From positions 1-64,000 of the IMG/VR virus record IMGVR_UViG_3300042558_003617: 64,000 nucleotides of DNA. One strand, given 5' to 3'. The notes below the pieces were generated by a model that did no database searches, had not been told where the DNA came from, and saw only the letters and a list, made by a program, of their open reading frames with translations. Each line of letters opens with the position of its first letter. The first letter of the stretch is position 1. This document shows, in pieces, positions 21,401-31,500 of the stretch. Origin of the DNA: a virus. A program made the translations under genes and the position numbers.

Positions 21401-22676
21401 TCTTTGCCTGGCCCCGTGGACTCACACATACCTGAGTCCGCAAACCGAACGGCGGCTGTGCTGTGCGTCTAGAGAACCTGCGCAAAACTTTCGTCAGTAT
21501 ATTGACACTGCGGCAGGTTCTGGGCAATACATACCAATAACACTGGAACAACACTGGAACGGTGACCACATGCGCAGTGTGCGCCAACGCATGCTGGCCG
21601 GGGAATCCTTGCCCGAGTGTGAAGTATGCAATGACAAACTGCTGAATACCAGTGTGTACCGAGATTACTTTTGGCATTTGTTCCAACACAAACTAGATCA
21701 AGTATATGAATCAACAGACCAATCAGGATCTACAACCATGCGGCCAGTGTCGTGGGACTATAGATTTTCGAACTTGTGCAATTTCAAGTGTAGAATGTGT
21801 GGTGACATGTTATCCAGCAGTTGGGAAGCCGAGCAAAAAACACACAACATGGTTGACTGGACCAACTCTAAAAACAATTGGCAATTGCCGGAAATACGTG
21901 AACAAATATCTCAATTTCAAGACCAGCAAATCGAAGCAGAATTCTCCACAGCAGTAGAACAGCACAGTGTGGAGGAAATATACTGGGTGGGCGGCGAACC
22001 ACTCATGTACGAACAGCACTGGCGTTATATGCAACGCATAATTGAATTAGGGGATGGAGGGCAAGTATATGCTAGATACAATACCAATCTTAGCCGTGTT
22101 AATTATAGGGGGTGTAATCTTTACAGTGATATTTTGGATCATGTACGAGATTGGCAAATTTGCGCGAGCCTTGACGGCACTGGAGCAATCGGTGAATACA
22201 TTAGAACAGGGCTTGACTACCAGCAGTTTAGACACAACTTTGAAGCAGGATTATCACACCAACGTCACCGCAGACAAATGCGATTAGATTTCACACTCAC
22301 GCTGCCGGGCATGTTTGAAGTTGAGAACATACAGCAGTTGGCACAGGAATACAATGTGGACTTGTTGGCCAAGGTCATATTCAGCTTTGGACCAGATATT
22401 ATCATGAGTCCACTGGCATTGCCAAGATCGCTATTGGAAGACTGGATTGATGAATTGATTCCAAACTGTACAGAGCCCGCCATGCGCGATGTGCTGGCAC
22501 AGTTAAAAACACGCCCAACGTTTGAAGAACAATGGCCGGATACCTATCAGAAAGAGCTTGCAAAAGGCAAAGCTCGTGTGTTACAATTAGAAAACATTCG
22601 CACAGCAAAGACATCAATGTCAGACATACTGAGTGCAAGACCCAAGATAAAGAAATGGTGGGATGAAATTGCTTGA
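21384..22676 (+). CDS. Radical SAM enzyme (N-terminal twitch-like domain)
   Basis: CLAPW...LCC...CEVC, then CNFKCRMC, VGGEPL. Confidence 0.9.
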   Translation: MSKTSSLCLAPWTHTYLSPQTERRLCCASREPAQNFRQYIDTAAGSGQYIPITLEQHWNGDHMRSVRQRMLAGESLPECEVCNDKLLNTSVYRDYFWHLFQHKLDQVYESTDQSGSTTMRPVSWDYRFSNLCNFKCRMCGDMLSSSWEAEQKTHNMVDWTNSKNNWQLPEIREQISQFQDQQIEAEFSTAVEQHSVEEIYWVGGEPLMYEQHWRYMQRIIELGDGGQVYARYNTNLSRVNYRGCNLYSDILDHVRDWQICASLDGTGAIGEYIRTGLDYQQFRHNFEAGLSHQRHRRQMRLDFTLTLPGMFEVENIQQLAQEYNVDLLAKVIFSFGPDIIMSPLALPRSLLEDWIDELIPNCTEPAMRDVLAQLKTRPTFEEQWPDTYQKELAKGKARVLQLENIRTAKTSMSDILSARPKIKKWWDEIA

Positions 22677-23751
22677 TAAAATTCAAATGACCCTGCGTGA
22701 TATACGCACAGGCAATTTATTACCATTACACATTGACGTAATGGATTCATCATTGTCACGCAAATGGCTTGGCGCACTGAATCAATTGCTAAAGAACAAC
22801 TATCATCTAGAAAAGAATTACTGTTTTCTGGGATTTGCACAAAGCCAGCGCAACGGTGCGTACATACTAGACCAAATAAACACCAGCATCCAGGCAATAA
22901 ATTCAGCTGATCTGGGATACACAATACATGATCACTTTTCACTTAGTGACTGTTTGATTCCCGGACCATTTGACGAACACACCCCTGGGGGTATGGTCAA
23001 CCAGCAACGCATGAACATGTTGCACAGATACTTTGAAGACCTTCAAGGGGTCAGTGGCCAAATGAGCCAGTTGTACACTGCGGCCAACGGCACCACTCGC
23101 TGGCACATACGACAGCTGAATTTGCTGTGTCATGAATTTGAATCCTGGGTACTCAGCAATAGAAAACTACACACAGCGCCAGAATGGCAACGTCCCAGTC
23201 AACTCATGTGCTGGCTGCATGCACCGAGGTTTGTGCTAGATCAACACGACTATGAGTTGTTTGGGGTTGATACCATTAATCGTGCTCAGGGCGGGGTGTT
23301 TGTTGGGGTCAACAAAGCAGTGGGCAAACATCATTGGGAAGTGTTTAATGATGAAGGTCGCAGTGTGGACGAATTAACAACCAGCACCCTGCGCAGTCAG
23401 ACTGAAGCTGCTGGAGATTTTGATATTGAATGGGGTGTGAACCCTGCTGGACGTGATTGGCAAGTGCGCAAGTTGGCAGAATTTAGATCATGGCTACGAG
23501 ATAATGGATTTGATCCGGAAGATCCAGCTCTGACCATTGGACATCCACAAGTGGCGCAGATTGATTTGCACAGTAGTTTTGGAACCCAGGACTATTTGTC
23601 TGTGTGGCAACAACTCTATAAATATTTGGATGTATACAGTATTCGTACCAGCGATGCTGTGGCAACATACGATTATCACTGGAGTGACAGCAATTTTACG
23701 GCATCACAAGTGGCCATTATTGAACAAGGACGCACACATGAACTGGATTAA
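22663..23751 (+). CDS. Hypothetical protein (distant paralogue of 52379..53266)
   Basis: 362 aa; motifs N.LHRY, LN...H..E, GK...F.D. Confidence 0.7.
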   Translation: MKLLDKIQMTLRDIRTGNLLPLHIDVMDSSLSRKWLGALNQLLKNNYHLEKNYCFLGFAQSQRNGAYILDQINTSIQAINSADLGYTIHDHFSLSDCLIPGPFDEHTPGGMVNQQRMNMLHRYFEDLQGVSGQMSQLYTAANGTTRWHIRQLNLLCHEFESWVLSNRKLHTAPEWQRPSQLMCWLHAPRFVLDQHDYELFGVDTINRAQGGVFVGVNKAVGKHHWEVFNDEGRSVDELTTSTLRSQTEAAGDFDIEWGVNPAGRDWQVRKLAEFRSWLRDNGFDPEDPALTIGHPQVAQIDLHSSFGTQDYLSVWQQLYKYLDVYSIRTSDAVATYDYHWSDSNFTASQVAIIEQGRTHELD

Positions 23752-23839
23752 GAACATAATCAATCGAATCAAATTGGAAATTCACTACCGCCGAAAGCTC
23801 AAAGAGTTACGCAAACGAGACCCATTTATCTACAAATGA
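23738..23839 (+). CDS. Small basic 33-aa protein
   Basis: MNWIKNIINRIKLEIHYRRKLKELRKRDPFIYK; AAGGA SD; ATGA overlap with the next gene. Confidence 0.65.
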   Translation: MNWIKNIINRIKLEIHYRRKLKELRKRDPFIYK

Positions 23840-25323
23840 ATATACTGGGAATCGCAGCTGGATTTCATGATGCGGCAGCCACAGTGATATCTCCCCAGGG
23901 TGATATCTTGTTTGCTGGACATAGTGAACGCTACAGCAAGAAAAAAAATGACGAAAACCTATGTCTTGAATTGATTCAAGATGCCGTGGATTATGGCAAC
24001 ACAATCAATCAGATTGCCTACTATGAACGACCATGGTTGAAACAGTTGCGACAATTGTACTCGGGACAGGGCATAGAATGGAACAAGTTAACAGCTAGAC
24101 GCATCATCAATGATCAATTAGGCGGCCTGGTCACGTTGCCAGCACGCATCAGCACGCACAGCCATCATCTCAGTCATGCAGCCGGTGGATTCCAAACCAG
24201 CCCGTTTGATCGTGCTACTGTGGTGGTAATTGATGCCATTGGGGAATTTGACACAATAACAATATGGGCGGCAGAATATGATAAATTTGGTAAAGCGCAT
24301 TATCGCAAGATGTGGAGCCAGTGTTATCCGCATAGCATCGGACTCTTTTATTCAGCAGCGACTGGCCGCGTTGGCCTACGTGTACTAGACGAAGAGTATA
24401 TACTAATGGGCATGGCTGCATATGGCGACCGCAAAATGTCCAACAAGTTTAAATATGATTTTGTTGCCGACGAATGGAATATCAAGTTTACACAAAATCT
24501 GCACACAGGAATAGACAAATCTTATCTTGAAAAATCAAATGACATGGACTTGGCTGCTGGTGCTCAGGAACTGGCAGAGCAGTTGATTCTAAATGTGATG
24601 TTACGTGCAAGACAATTCAACTGGAGCAACAATCTGGTTTACATGGGCGGGGTTGCACTTAATTGTGCAGCCAATGCACGAATAGGGCGTTACTTTGATA
24701 ATATATGGATTATGCCTTGCCCGGGTGATGCTGGCAGCAGTCTTGGCGCTGCCGCACTGACTCTTGGGCGCAAAATCAACTGGCAAAATGCTTTTTTGGG
24801 TCATGATATTCCTGGTCCCTATCCCGTTAACAGTATCCTGGATCGGCTACTGGCTGACAAAATTGTAGGAGTTGCCTCGGGCCGGGCTGAGTTTGGTCCC
24901 AGAGCCCTAGGAAATCGCAGTTTACTGGCTGACCCCAGAGGTCAAGAAATCAAGGAGAAAGTAAATGACATCAAACGACGACAACAATTCAGACCTTTTG
25001 CGCCCGTTATTTTGGAAGAATTGGCTGATACTTACTTTGATATGCCTGGGGGTTTCGGCAACAGTAGGTATATGCAGTCAGTCGCTCGTTGCAGGGTTCC
25101 TGACTTATTTCCTGCTATCGTTCACGCTGACGGTACTAGTCGTGTACAGACAGTGCCGCGAGATGGAAGTGGAATTAGAGAACTGCTCGAAAAGTGGTAC
25201 GTCATGACCGACTGCCCCATGTTGCTCAACACCAGCCTTAACATACGTGGTGAGCCCATGGTCAACAATCGAGCAGATGCAGATAGATTTGAACAACAAT
25301 ACGGAGTGAAAGTATGCAGTTAG
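23836..25323 (+). CDS. Carbamoyltransferase (NodU/CmcH/TobZ family)
   Basis: 'HDAAA', 'HHLSHAA', 'GGVALN', 'EFGPRALGNRSLLADP', 'RPFAP', 'LLNTSLN'. Confidence 0.95.
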   Translation: MNILGIAAGFHDAAATVISPQGDILFAGHSERYSKKKNDENLCLELIQDAVDYGNTINQIAYYERPWLKQLRQLYSGQGIEWNKLTARRIINDQLGGLVTLPARISTHSHHLSHAAGGFQTSPFDRATVVVIDAIGEFDTITIWAAEYDKFGKAHYRKMWSQCYPHSIGLFYSAATGRVGLRVLDEEYILMGMAAYGDRKMSNKFKYDFVADEWNIKFTQNLHTGIDKSYLEKSNDMDLAAGAQELAEQLILNVMLRARQFNWSNNLVYMGGVALNCAANARIGRYFDNIWIMPCPGDAGSSLGAAALTLGRKINWQNAFLGHDIPGPYPVNSILDRLLADKIVGVASGRAEFGPRALGNRSLLADPRGQEIKEKVNDIKRRQQFRPFAPVILEELADTYFDMPGGFGNSRYMQSVARCRVPDLFPAIVHADGTSRVQTVPRDGSGIRELLEKWYVMTDCPMLLNTSLNIRGEPMVNNRADADRFEQQYGVKVCS

Positions 25324-25550
25324 TAGAAACACACAAACGAACAATAACAAGAATGCTCACATATAGATTGACCGCTTGGTCATTTACAATATTGTGGACC
25401 TATATGTTTACTGGAAATATTGCCAGTGCCACAGGATTTGCAACAGCATTGCATATACTGTTAAGCATTGACTATTATATCCATGAACGCATTTGGCTAA
25501 AAATCAAATGGGGTCTTAAAGATACCGTTCAAGCCCGCCCCGACGCCTGA
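25314..25550 (+). CDS. Small membrane protein, DUF2061-like
   Basis: 'ETHKRTI...TYR...YYIHERIW.KIKWG'. Confidence 0.7.
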   Translation: MQLVETHKRTITRMLTYRLTAWSFTILWTYMFTGNIASATGFATALHILLSIDYYIHERIWLKIKWGLKDTVQARPDA

Positions 25551-26565
25551 TGTCCTGGGTACAGCAACTGATTCCCCCATCCCAGAAATAACTGTGTCGT
25601 AGCTCAGATATAATGGGATTGATTTTGTGTTGTTGGCAAAAATCAAATACTGATTTGTTGTAGGCTGAGAAGATGACATTTTGTTCGTCTAGTACCAAGC
25701 AGTTGACGTCAAACACTGTTTCGGCCACAAAGCCAGTCCATTTAGTCAAGTATGTGTCTACATACTGTTTGAAGTTGTCGCTAGGTGTTTGTCCCTGTAT
25801 GTACCAAGCACCTGCATTGCTTTGATTTTTAAACTGTCCCATGGCAATGGCAGCATCAATACTGGAATCCAACACACGCAAGACTTCCCAGCCTGGAAAG
25901 TCACGATCAAAGTGCAAGTTTTCATCGTGCTTGCTTGACAAGATAACACCAGGCTTGAGAATGGCAAAAACAGCATCTCCGTGGCCATCTGTAACTGCTT
26001 CGTGAACACGGTGTTGCTTGCTCAGGCAGTTGTCAACAATCCATTGTGTTTGATCTGGACGCAAGTAATCACTATTGTCAAAAAACACATCAAGGCCAAC
26101 TCGCACAATACAACTGGCACTGGCACCGACTAACACACAGTCAGGATCATGTATGCCATCCACGTGCCGAATTCCGTGATCATGATGAGGACTGCGCACT
26201 TGATCTCCGTACTGATCACAAATATGATCCAGTTCTTTTAATGGCAGTATGCGTAACAGTGTTTCGCCAAGAGTGATTTGCCAATCTCTAGGAGTCAATG
26301 GGGGTAGCGGAATTGGTCTGCCAAACGTTTGAAACTTTTGAAATCTGTCTTTGTCAGGCAAGTCTGGGCGTTGCACAATTGCTCCGTACCGCTCAATGGT
26401 CTTTTGCAAGTTGTCCAGATCTTCAGCTGTTTCAGCAAGAATTTGCTGTAGTTGATTTCGCACTTGTGCATCTTCGATGAAATCAAAGTAGTCTGGACTG
26501 TAGGCTCGCCCCACAACAACTTCTTCTAATGGTTGCCAACTGGTGTGGCTGCTAACTCTAGGCAT
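25516..26565 (-). CDS. Amidinotransferase (glycine/inosamine-phosphate amidinotransferase family)
   Basis: 'WQPLEEVVVGR', 'PRD', 'GHGD', 'FDVN', C-terminal 'WDGGISCCTQD'. Confidence 0.85.
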   Translation of the reverse strand: MPRVSSHTSWQPLEEVVVGRAYSPDYFDFIEDAQVRNQLQQILAETAEDLDNLQKTIERYGAIVQRPDLPDKDRFQKFQTFGRPIPLPPLTPRDWQITLGETLLRILPLKELDHICDQYGDQVRSPHHDHGIRHVDGIHDPDCVLVGASASCIVRVGLDVFFDNSDYLRPDQTQWIVDNCLSKQHRVHEAVTDGHGDAVFAILKPGVILSSKHDENLHFDRDFPGWEVLRVLDSSIDAAIAMGQFKNQSNAGAWYIQGQTPSDNFKQYVDTYLTKWTGFVAETVFDVNCLVLDEQNVIFSAYNKSVFDFCQQHKINPIISELRHSYFWDGGISCCTQDIRRRGGLERYL

Positions 26566-27704
26566 TTTGTCTCCATGTGTTTTATTAAATTATTTAATGG
26601 TAGTTGTCCACGACTGGCAAACAACTGTTGGTTATGCAGTATGTCCGGAAGACAACGGCGGAACCAGGTCAATCGATCAAATTCGTTATTGATTTTTGCA
26701 ATGGTATTCTGTATTGCGGCCCACCTGCCACGATTGTCATGAATACTATCATAACTGTTGTCTATCACATGATCAAATGTGCGATACCCCAGTGCCCGTA
26801 GTGCCTCTAGACTTCCTGCACATCCGATTATCACAAATGGCTGTCCATACTTGATGGGCTTGAATGTTTTTTCTGTCAAGAATGCACCCAAGCTCTGATC
26901 AACATCGTACAGTGTTTCCAACACAATATTACAATAAGAATTGGTAAACAGGTCCAGATTTACATCACTGTGTTGGTTTTGTTTGTCGGCATCGGCAGTG
27001 TCACACACATACGGTCCGTGTGCAATGAACTCTAGCACACGACGATACTGTTTGGGGTGCCAGGCACGTATGGGATTGTTTTCGTTAGAGTCATTGATGT
27101 CTACCAGAGTGTTGTAGCTCCAGAGACTTTGATCTAGATAACCGGCATGTTTTAGCTCGCTCATGACTGTGGCACGCCACCATTTGTGTGTTCGACTCAG
27201 TGCTGTAAACGTATAGTCACGTGGTTGATTTGTTGCTGGTTGGCTGACCTGGAATCGATTTATGTGTCGGAAAAAGTACTCGTGATCTGGAAAGTATATA
27301 CCTTGTGACACTTGATCGGCTGCTGTGTTAGCACTGATCAATAGTGCATGTGGCAGTGAATATGTGTCACACAATTGATTCAATCGTTGGATTATCAATT
27401 GAGGATTGTCTCCTTCGTGATAGTAAAACAACAATTGAATGTGTTTGTTTTGAACACGCTTGATCAGTGCCGGGGTCATCAATGACATGTAATCACAAGA
27501 GTGATCAAACCAGCTTATACCAATGGGGTACCAGGCGCCCGGGGGTGCTTGCTCTACTGTGGATTCTGCACAGGGTATTCCGTGAGATTTTAAATACAGA
27601 CTCAGTCTTGGCAACACTGTGAATGGCCACTGGGTATCATAACTACCATCTGTTGCAAGTGCTAGATTTGGGCGGCCAACTTGATCGTAACACAAGTGAA
27701 TCAT
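26526..27704 (-). CDS. Putative GT-B glycosyltransferase-like protein (TEK..KP family, copy 2)
   Basis: 'IVLET...FLTEKTFKPI...GYRTF...DNSYD'. Confidence 0.55.
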   Translation of the reverse strand: MIHLCYDQVGRPNLALATDGSYDTQWPFTVLPRLSLYLKSHGIPCAESTVEQAPPGAWYPIGISWFDHSCDYMSLMTPALIKRVQNKHIQLLFYYHEGDNPQLIIQRLNQLCDTYSLPHALLISANTAADQVSQGIYFPDHEYFFRHINRFQVSQPATNQPRDYTFTALSRTHKWWRATVMSELKHAGYLDQSLWSYNTLVDINDSNENNPIRAWHPKQYRRVLEFIAHGPYVCDTADADKQNQHSDVNLDLFTNSYCNIVLETLYDVDQSLGAFLTEKTFKPIKYGQPFVIIGCAGSLEALRALGYRTFDHVIDNSYDSIHDNRGRWAAIQNTIAKINNEFDRLTWFRRCLPDILHNQQLFASRGQLPLNNLIKHMETKCLELAATPVGNH

Positions 27705-28810
27705 GAAAAATCTTTGCGCAAGTTTTGTAACATCGTTGTAAATTCAGACCAAAGCACTGTTTCAAATCCACCATTATAAAAATGATTCCAGTTGTGCTCA
27801 ATTATGCTGTGGGCTGCCTTAAAAATATCTTGCTTGTGCAACGGTGACAGGCAGTCTAGGCCTTTAAGGGTCTGTGCTATCATCTGAATTCTCACAGCGG
27901 TGTCCGGCTCGTTGTCATAACTTTCATCCCAAAGCCCATCAAAAGTTTTAAACCCATATTGACGCAGATATTTCAAACTGCCCTGTGTGCCCACTACCAT
28001 AAATGGCATACCCAGGGCAATGGGTTTGAATATCTTTTCAGTCAAGTGCTGACGCTGACCTTGAGCCACAGTTTCAGTCACAAGATACAGCAAACTATCA
28101 GCACATTCATCAAACAAACTTAACCAACAACTGTGCATGGGGTGATTGACTTCTCCGGCAAAATTTAACGGCAACGGTGGTTTTGCAAATACTGATGCTA
28201 TGTCGGGGTACTGTGGCAATAGCGGAGAAATTGCATCGTGTATACTGACATTTTCTGCTGGACATGTTTTGGGACAACTGATGTGGTTGTCCATCATGTC
28301 TAGTTTAAATATCCAATATAACATTTGCAATCTGTGTGCCCTGTGTCCAGCAATGATCCTGTTGGGGGCTATGAATGTTTTGGTAGGAACACGGTCAGCC
28401 CAGGGCTGAATCAAAAAGGTTTTATTGTACCCTCGATACCAATCCAGTGCTGCCCACCCATGAAAGAAGTAATAGTAGTGCTGCCAGTTAAATTGACTAC
28501 ATACTTGTTCAACTGCCTGGCTTTGATATTCACTAGTGATAATAGCTTGATGAGTAGCGCCTGTGTTTTGATTCAAGTCTCGATTTCGTCTCACTGCATC
28601 TTCAAATAACGGAATGTGTGTGTCCAGATGAATAGGCTCTTGGTCATGAAATAATATATAATTAGAATCGTGTACACTACTTCCATAATTGATCAAACTC
28701 TCAGCATCGCTTCGCCCCGGCGGATCGCACATGAACATTCTAGTTCCGGGCATGAACCTGTTTATATAGGGCTTGAATGTGTTGTTATAAATCTCGTCGA
28801 TTCTAATCAT
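27701..28810 (-). CDS. Putative GT-B glycosyltransferase-like protein (TEK..KP family, copy 3)
   Basis: 'LVTET...HLTEKIFKPI...GFKTF...DESYD'. Confidence 0.55.
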   Translation of the reverse strand: MIRIDEIYNNTFKPYINRFMPGTRMFMCDPPGRSDAESLINYGSSVHDSNYILFHDQEPIHLDTHIPLFEDAVRRNRDLNQNTGATHQAIITSEYQSQAVEQVCSQFNWQHYYYFFHGWAALDWYRGYNKTFLIQPWADRVPTKTFIAPNRIIAGHRAHRLQMLYWIFKLDMMDNHISCPKTCPAENVSIHDAISPLLPQYPDIASVFAKPPLPLNFAGEVNHPMHSCWLSLFDECADSLLYLVTETVAQGQRQHLTEKIFKPIALGMPFMVVGTQGSLKYLRQYGFKTFDGLWDESYDNEPDTAVRIQMIAQTLKGLDCLSPLHKQDIFKAAHSIIEHNWNHFYNGGFETVLWSEFTTMLQNLRKDFS

Positions 28811-30425
28811 GTTTGATGTATTTTATATTGGAGCCAAACCCAACTTGTTCCCACACGAGCAGGCTGTGAATTCTTTGGCAGAGGCATGTGAAAAAAGTCG
28901 TACGCGGGCATGTTGGATTGTCAACTACTTATCGGACTATCAGGGCTTTGACTTTCTTTGGGTGCCCAGCCCTTGGCAAGCTGATCAAACACATGTTTGG
29001 CCCAGTCAGCATCAAGCCAACGGCGGCACCTACTTGTTGCCCAAATCTGGCATGAGTGATATCAATCGAGATCATGCTGTGATCAATCGTGGTCAATCAG
29101 TTCCAATCATTGCAATTGATCACGGCAACGGATTTGAAACCGCATACGACACAGTCACTCGATACGTAAGCGATTATCTAGGCACTCTACGCAGAGTATT
29201 AAAAAATGTAAAGCATGAATATGTGTGGGTGGTATCAAGTGTTTGCGATTACAGCAACTTTGATTTTACTTGGCATCCAAGCGAATGGCAGAACAACATG
29301 TTGCATGTGTTTGCCAGCAACGAACAGAAATTTGGTGATACTTTTTATGTGCACGTGCCTAGCTTTTTACAGAAAACTGAAAGCTTGAAAGTTTTGGAAT
29401 GGTTTGAGACTTTGCATTTTGTTGAAGATATAGTTGTGCCTCGATTGCCCATGCCAGAAGTTGAGTACACACATGACAGTCTAGCAACTGCTATTTGGGA
29501 ACATGAATTCACCACTCCCTTGGTGCAGTTTCATCAAGGCACCAGCATGGGCACACATGCTCCCACAGTAAGTTTGTGGCAAGAGCGTACCAAAACAGTT
29601 ACACCACTCAGCAACGATCATGGCACAGCAGTGGTACCTAGGGAATGTAAAAATTACATCAAAACACAAGTATACGATTATCCTTATATTGATAAAAGTA
29701 AAATTTGTCTCAAGACTCATCCCTTGGACATTGTGTTTATCAGCAATGGCGAACCCAATGCCAAGTCTAATTATTTGCAGATGACAGTGTATCTGGCCAA
29801 TGAGTCAAGGTACACAAATCGCGTTCATGTGATAGAGGGTGTAAATGGACGAGTGGCAGCATACCACGCGGCTGCCAGAGCCAGCACCACGCCTTGGTTC
29901 TTTGCGGTGTTTGCCAAGCTAGAAGTAAATCAAAGGTTTGATTGGACCTGGCAACCTGATCGTATGCAACAGCCCAAGCACTATATTTTTCATGCTGGTA
30001 ATCCTGTGAATGGACTGGTATACGGACACCAAGCCATGATTGCCTACAACCGGCAGTTGGTGTTGGAGAACACAGGTGTTGGCTTGGACTTTACTCTAGA
30101 TCAACCGCACGAAGTTGTACCTATTATCAGTGGCACAGCCATGTATGCTGAATCGCCTTGGATGGCCTGGCGCACTGCATTCCGTGAAGTACTAAAACTT
30201 CGTGCAAGTTTACCCGACGTGGAAAACGAGTACCGACTAAAGGTTTGGCTAAAGGAAGACTCAGGTACTATTGCCAATGGTCATTGGAGCCACAAAGGTG
30301 CACAAGATGCTGTGGAGTATTACGAAGCAGTCAATGGTGATCCCACTGAACTCCGCAAGAGCTACGAGTGGGATTGGTTGGCAAGTTATGCGTTTATGAA
30401 ACGCAATCTACTAACTGATCGCTGA
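28809..30425 (+). CDS. Multi-repeat GT2-like protein, paralogous to 12601
   Basis: Three 'FDF.W.P..W/M' repeats; C-terminal 'ISNGEP...GVNGR..AYH...NPVNGLVYG...AWRTAFREVLK'. Confidence 0.6.
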   Translation: MFDVFYIGAKPNLFPHEQAVNSLAEACEKSRTRACWIVNYLSDYQGFDFLWVPSPWQADQTHVWPSQHQANGGTYLLPKSGMSDINRDHAVINRGQSVPIIAIDHGNGFETAYDTVTRYVSDYLGTLRRVLKNVKHEYVWVVSSVCDYSNFDFTWHPSEWQNNMLHVFASNEQKFGDTFYVHVPSFLQKTESLKVLEWFETLHFVEDIVVPRLPMPEVEYTHDSLATAIWEHEFTTPLVQFHQGTSMGTHAPTVSLWQERTKTVTPLSNDHGTAVVPRECKNYIKTQVYDYPYIDKSKICLKTHPLDIVFISNGEPNAKSNYLQMTVYLANESRYTNRVHVIEGVNGRVAAYHAAARASTTPWFFAVFAKLEVNQRFDWTWQPDRMQQPKHYIFHAGNPVNGLVYGHQAMIAYNRQLVLENTGVGLDFTLDQPHEVVPIISGTAMYAESPWMAWRTAFREVLKLRASLPDVENEYRLKVWLKEDSGTIANGHWSHKGAQDAVEYYEAVNGDPTELRKSYEWDWLASYAFMKRNLLTDR

Positions 30426-31500
30426 CATATTCAACTTCAAGATCTGTTAACTCAGGATAGATAGGCAAACTCAGTACTCGTCGACACAGTGCACTGGCTG
30501 AACTCAACAAGTCGGGTCCTGGATATTGTCTATAAGCACCCAGTTCGTGCAAGGGATACTCATAATGCACTTTGGTTTCGATTTTGCGTAGAGATAGATT
30601 CTTTTTTACAATGTCTCGTTGATCAATGTCAACTACAAATTTATGAAAGCAATGTTCCTGGTTATTGCTGTCATTGATTAAACATCTAATGGGACTTTTC
30701 TTGAATCGATCAATCCAGTAATTGGCAATGTTACGTCTACGATGTTGCCATTGATCAATATACTGAGCTTTCACACGCATGGTTGCACAATCAATCTCGC
30801 TCATTCTGCTGTTGGTACCTGGTTGGTGATTGCTGGGTTTACCATTGTCTCTCCAGGATCGTGCATGATTGGCTAGACTGATGTTGTTGGTTACCACAGC
30901 ACCGCCATTGCCATAATTGGCTAGATTTTTCATTGGGTCAAAGCTAACAGCAGCCGCCTCACCTAGTCTAACACACCCGGCACTGAGCCAGTGTTGAGCA
31001 GCATCCTCAATTATTGCAACATCTTGCAATTGCCAGTCGTCCCATTGTCGGGAATTTTTATAATGCAACACACTGGCACCATACAAGCCCACCAGCACAA
31101 CAGCATCGTACCCTAGTGTGGATGGGATACGGTTGAGATCCAACAGTCCATGTACATCAGTGTCAACAAAGTAAACATCCCACCCTGCATTGATAAATGC
31201 ATTAGCAGTGGCCACGTAAGTTACTGATGGAAGCAATACCCTGGGAGGGTCGGAGATGTCTGCTTGACCTGCATAATAGCTAGCAATAATTTCCAGTGCA
31301 TGTGTACCACTGTGGCAAGTCACTGCATATCTTGCGTGATTCTTTTGAGCCAACCAGTGTTCAAACTCTAGTGTATGATTGCCATTCATGAGTTGTCCAG
31401 ATCGCAGTACCTCATCCACAGAATTCAGTATTTCTGTGCGAAGATTATTGTACTGTTTTCGCAATCCAGTAAACGGAATAGTAAGACCAGTGGCTGTCAT
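30394..31500 (-). CDS. DegT/DnrJ/EryC1/StrS PLP-dependent sugar aminotransferase
   Basis: 'SGTHAL', 'IEDAAQ', 'SFDPMKNL..YGNGG', 'NSRMSE', 'LSLPIYP'. Confidence 0.93.
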   Translation of the reverse strand: MTATGLTIPFTGLRKQYNNLRTEILNSVDEVLRSGQLMNGNHTLEFEHWLAQKNHARYAVTCHSGTHALEIIASYYAGQADISDPPRVLLPSVTYVATANAFINAGWDVYFVDTDVHGLLDLNRIPSTLGYDAVVLVGLYGASVLHYKNSRQWDDWQLQDVAIIEDAAQHWLSAGCVRLGEAAAVSFDPMKNLANYGNGGAVVTNNISLANHARSWRDNGKPSNHQPGTNSRMSEIDCATMRVKAQYIDQWQHRRRNIANYWIDRFKKSPIRCLINDSNNQEHCFHKFVVDIDQRDIVKKNLSLRKIETKVHYEYPLHELGAYRQYPGPDLLSSASALCRRVLSLPIYPELTDLEVEYVSDQLVDCVS

